Position numbers and translations under genes: made by a program. From the NCBI RefSeq assembly GCF_006345805.1, contig NC_042999.1:57598001-57662000 (forward strand): a stretch of 64,000 nt of DNA, given 5' to 3'. This document shows, in pieces, positions 59,201-64,000 of the stretch. The notes under the pieces were generated by a model that made no database searches, was not told the DNA's origin, and worked only from the letters and a program-made list of their open reading frames with translations. Position 1 is the stretch's first letter. The number at the start of each line of letters is the position of its first letter. The DNA comes from Octopus sinensis (lineage: Eukaryota).

Positions 59201-60327
59201 TAATCTGGATCATGGAGAATATGATTGAGTAGAATACTTTCTGAAACAATCTGGAAAGAAGTGAAAATATATTAGTGGCTTTAGTGTTGATTTGCTACGA
59301 AAAATTGGAAAATCAGCTGTTTTAACGTGATAATATAGGTAGGAAGTTTACATTTCAAAATATTCATGAAATGCCTATTTACAATATATTATGCCCCTTA
59401 GTACACTTAAATACAGAGCTAAATTTCTAAATAACTTAAAAGAAATGTGGTTCTATAGTACTGAATATTAGTTTATATGTATCTTAATTCTAATTTCAGT
59501 GGTTTCCTGTCAAGCTGCATGATTTCAATGTGTACCATCATGGATCTAACTGATCTCTGATGTACACTATCAATTCTAATGTACATCAAGGTTTTGGTAT
59601 GTTTCCCACTCTTCCAAACATATAATTACAACTTACTTTTTTCATCTCCTCTAACAACACACACTCCTATGTAAACAATACTACCCTTCGCTCATCCTTA
59701 ATTTCTGCACTTAAATGAAACTTCCAGACACATATACAATGTCCTTGGAAACACAACAATCTAGTCTTTTCCCACAATACAGATTCTCCTTACGATCTGG
59801 TTCAGACTTTATTCAAAGATACTGCCCTCCAAAATAGATCAGATAACTATGTTTCAGCTGTACATTCCATTTTTGCAATGGTTTCTACAGTTGGATGCCC
59901 CTTCTAACTAAAACAACCTTTACTGGGTGCATTTTACTGAGGTATTGGCACTAGGGGCGCTATCATGTCCTCATTGCTGCTAGAGTGCTTTCTATTTTAC
60001 ACTGACTTTATTTGGTTGCCAGCCACTTTATATTGTGCATTATATGCATTTTATTGTGGCATCAACACTTGAGTTGTTGCTTAGTTCTCTGTTCTTTTCA
60101 AGGTGAATTTCCATCAAATCACATTACCATTTAAAATAACATTAAAAGGACACATTTGATAAGGTAACCCTAAATATACAATACATGAAAATAAGATGGG
60201 ACAGTCATAACTGGAACACTTTTCATCATAGGTTTGCTCAGAGTTGATCAGGGTCTAAAATAACAACACTGTAGTTAGATAAAACATCTTAAAGGGAAAT
60301 ATTTTGGCTACTTCAGTAACATTTTAC

Positions 60328-60474
60328 CTTTGACATGTGACATTATATCATCAAAGTATTTCTTCAGTTCTTCAATTTCAAACACAAACAAGGACAACCC
60401 AAATTTCTTTTCCTCTGAAAAAGATTCTGGGGGATAGATTCCACGTTGATAAAGAATATTGTTGACACCATAAT
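60328..60474 (-). CDS. MAD2L1: MAD2L1 exon 2 (YGVNNILYQRGIYPPESFSEEKKFGLSLFVFEIEELKKYFDDIMSHVK-E)
   Basis: 147 bp, ttttag|AT TAT...AAA G|gtaaaa. G.N.ILYQRGIYP.E.F motif. Confidence 0.97.
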
Positions 60475-61199
60475 CTAAAAAGAAACAAAATACAGAAATG
60501 GATTTTCTAATTTAAGGTATCAATTTTTTTTTTATTATACAAGTTTTTATCCATTTGATGGAAAAAATATCCCCACATTTTTCTTAAAAAAAAAACAAAC
60601 TAAATTTCAAACATATCTTTGAAAAAATGTCTAAGTTGTTAATTTTCTGATCTACAGATCACATCTTTAGAGATATTTGTACTGTAGGTACTCATATCTC
60701 TCCATTGGGATTTTAAGAGAAAGTTACCACTGCCTTTTGAAGTACTAAAGGGAAGCTATCACCTTTTACTCCATCTGAATTTTTTTTGAACTTTTTGTTA
60801 TACCATAGATTGATATATTCTATTTAATATCTACGTATGCCTTCTACTTCTTGCTTACCTGCTCTAGTGGGCCACTAAATTCTTGCACTTTATCTTTGGC
60901 ATTTTCTGTCTTCAATATTATAAAAATGCACGTTTATATCCTTTTTAGACCTTATCCAATAACTATATTTATTTGTGATCATGTGTTTGTTAATTAGTCA
61001 TATGTTTACTTCTGCCTGCCACATTTGTCTCTCTCTCTCTCTCTCCTAATTAAACCAACTTCAGCTGTCATTTATTTATACAGCTTCCTTTAATTTTTCT
61101 GAGGAGATTGTCATGCAACTACTTGTCCATCTTTTATTTTATTACACACACACAGGGGTTGTACAAAACAATGGAAACACCATTTTTATTTAACTACAC

Positions 61200-61350
61200 T
61201 CTCCGAGTGGTTGACATCAGGAAGGGCATCCAGGTGTAGAAACCCTGCCAGATCAGATTGAAGCCTGGTGCAGCCTCCTGGCTTGCCAGTCCTGTCAAAC
61301 CATCCGACCCATGTCAGCATGGAAAGTGGACGTTAAACGGTGATGATGAT
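61200..61350 (+). mobile_element. RTE 3'-UTR-derived short element
   Basis: Family of 27270-27590. Confidence 0.65.
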
Positions 61351-62769
61351 TTCATCTATAGGAAATCTTACAAATTCAAAATAAATGTCTCTATGTCTTG
61401 TAATTCATAATACAGCAATGTTTCGGGGGGGGGGGAGATATCACATTTAACTTAAAATGAATAACTTGGCTGGTCATGTATATGTAAATTTGGTAATTGG
61501 AAACTACATGCAGAAAGGAGTAGGTAGAAATTCTATATGATGTACCCCATGTTTTTTGAGTGCAAAGTGTGATCACAGACAGACTAACAAAAGATGACTT
61601 CATAAGTCGTAGGTGTGAGAGAATAATTAGCAGTAAGAGCACAATTAAATAAATTCTTTCAAATATTAAAAAAATATATATATAAAATAAACCAGGAGGA
61701 GAATAAGAGCCAGAACCTGATAGATACCTACCTGCACACTACATTCCTCACTGAACTCATTAACTCTCCTCTTTCTCTTTCCTTTATGATTGTTAGCTTG
61801 TTTAAATTTCTCCCCTAAATCTTATGTTTGTCTCCATGAGATCTGAGGCTTGATTATCCATATGGCCACTCTTACCCATCCTTGCTACCTATACTAAGGT
61901 CTCTCTTATTTCTTTTTCTTGATTAGTAGCAAGCCATTCTCTATGGCTGTACTCAGTTCATCACCCCATATGTGGGTACAACTAGGTCCCAGCCAGCACC
62001 AGTGAAGAGTTATAGTTCACATTATAAAGTGCTCATCATTGCATTAGGGCCTTTGGAATCCTATTCTATTTAATGTTTAATTCCTGATTTTATTTGTTGA
62101 TTAAAATTTGAAGAGCAGCTGATGTAGCACATACAGCAAGTGTTGAAGAATAAAGAAATGAATGGATAGCAACTTTAATGAAAGGGAAAAAATTAATCAT
62201 GTGTGTAAATCTAATACCTAATCGCCCAGCACAGTTCAACTTCTCTTATTCCTCGTAGGTACAGATGTAATCAGAGTGTGAACAACAAAGAACTAGGCAA
62301 CCTCACCAAAAACAGGTTCCCTAACATTAGGATAGCAACTTTATATATATAGATGCAATGAAAGAGATCTTCAGTCAAACTCCTCGTGGGTTGGAGGCAG
62401 CAGTTCAAACTCTTGTTGGTGAGCAATGGTGATAGCAGAGGTGGCATAGTTATACTGATAGCTGAGAGGTAGGAAGATAAAGTAATGGAGGTAGACAGGT
62501 GTGCTTTCAAAGACACCTACTCTATTGCTGACACTTATCAAAGATTCTTTTCCACTTAAAAATTGAAGATTCTGAAAACCCCCAAAACACGTTTTCAAAA
62601 TTTTAATTTTCCCTATCTACACCCCTCTGGAAAAGAAAAAAAAAGTGGGGGCTAGGGTTAACCCTAAAATTTTTGCAATCTGATTCATCGTTTAGCTGCT
62701 GTTTCTAGCATGTCGAGTTTTCTGTTTAGATACTTATGTCTGCTATTTTAGTAGGAGGGGAGATGTGTT

Positions 62770-63010
62770 GGATCTTTTTGGTTTGAACGGCAGTTTTTTA
62801 AAATATTTTCCACATAACTAAACACTTTTAAACTTCATATACTGGTAGAATGTGTTTATAAAACATCTTTTTCTCTTGGCTTTATTGAGAAAATTCTAGT
62901 TTGTAAGATATTTGTTGGTTTTTTTCTTCAATTTCTGCAATTTCAACCAATCAATGACGTCTATTGAGGTAAAAAAAACACATTCTGTGCCATATGAATA
63001 TGTCCCTCCC
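62770..63010. mobile_element. One arm of the foldback MITE family seen at 39213-40001
   Basis: ggatcttttt..tttgaacggca...aactaaacacttttaaacttc.tatactg.tagaatgtgtttataaaacatc shared with 39213-39450. Confidence 0.75.
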
Positions 63011-64000
63011 TTAAGAAACAGGGGTTCAAAATTTTGAAATGCGGATTTGTTTTGCAGATTTGGAATCTCTGCAGTCGAAAAGATGGGTTTCTGTAGAACC
63101 ACCTACCCCAAAGGGGTATGTCCTTTACCTCTGCCAGGCAGGGGGAGTAGGAATTAAAATTTTGAAATGCCGATTTTTTTTTGCACATTCATAATCTCCA
63201 CAGTCAAAAGAGATGGGTTTCTGTAGTGGGGGGAAAAAGTTGACGGTAGGGGTGTGCAGTCCAAGTCCTTTACTTCCGCCTGCCTGTTTTCATGTCAACA
63301 GTACAAATTATAACCACAGTGTGTTCTACTTTCAAATTCACTTCATTTCCTAGATAGAATTACAAATAGGTGTTTATTGTTGACTCATACAATGTTCTCA
63401 TAGGATTCTGACTTAAAGAGTTCAAATCTAGTTACTTCATGAAAAGTTTTGAATTATTTTGGTCACCTGGACAGAATCAGAATAGCAAAGTGTTCCAAGT
63501 CATGACCATCCCGATATTTTTTAAGACAATAGGATGATTTGAGCGAGATTTGGCAACCATTTCTAGCAAGTCGAGCGACTTCGTAGAGGCTTCCCCGTTC
63601 GTTCGATGTTACTTTATTTATGTTTATACTATTTTGGTGTTTAGCCATTCAGTCCTTCTCTCCGACATGGTGCATTTAAGGCAACATCATCCACTGAGTT
63701 ATCTCCTTTTCAAGCTGGTAAATTTGGTTGCTATTTCTAACAAGCCAAACGATCGCGTAAGGAACTGCTGTCTCATGTTCTCTCGTTTATGACTGACAGT
63801 GATCTGTTGCAACTAGAGAGGTGGCTATGAGTATCAAGAGATAAGACCCTGTCTGGGTATCCGCATCCCATTCAAATGCTGTGGGTGCGGCTTTGAACCC
63901 GTTTTTGTCAAACGTCATTTTGAAGCTGAAAATTAGTATGGTGCTGGCTGAAATCAAGGCATTTTTTTCTTTATCGCGATGATTATATAACTTGCCTTAG

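Noticed and set aside
63463-63648. Minus-strand ORF with ISLKSS, loosely like the MAD2 exon 1 motif ITLRGS
   Set aside because: Following residues (YCLKKYRD) do not match the conserved (I/L)VAEFF, and the donor would be a poor gtcatg; MAD2L1 exon 1 is left unassigned.
1-64000. CRISPR arrays, rRNA and bona fide tRNA genes
   Set aside because: None seen; tRNA-like A/B boxes belong to SINE heads, and the sequence is eukaryotic.

Overview
AT-rich, repeat-dense metazoan genomic DNA. The SINE and LINE families and the microsatellite load look like an octopod cephalopod (Octopus); this is recognition, not a database result. Two host genes lie in tandem on the minus strand, both reconstructed here from spliced exons that the ORF track mostly misses. 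TGDS (dTDP-D-glucose 4,6-dehydratase) has 8 well-supported coding exons from 28304 down to 6394, a candidate ATG exon at 42674-42698, and remaining 3' exons beyond the left edge. MAD2L1 (spindle checkpoint HORMA protein) has exons 2-5 at 60474-51953; exon 1 was not located. Most of the rest is transposon-derived: RTE, CR1, R4/Dong and HERO-like LINEs, tRNA-derived SINEs, mariner/Tc3, Merlin, Helitrons, foldback MITEs and several Penelope-like elements (PLEs). The standout is a young Neptune-type PLE at 32383-39021 with an inverted 1.9-kb arm, two identical 335-bp pLTRs, a coiled-coil ORF1 and an RT/GIY-YIG ORF2. ORF1 and ORF2 overlap in the -1 frame across a correctly phased U_UUU_UUA slippery heptamer (candidate programmed frameshift; a homopolymer indel is the main alternative). 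The pLTRs carry hammerhead ribozymes with a non-canonical U3-A8 core (UUGAAAA). Four further hammerhead-like motifs from other PLE families, and an RTE with a twin-priming-like 5' inversion, are also present.
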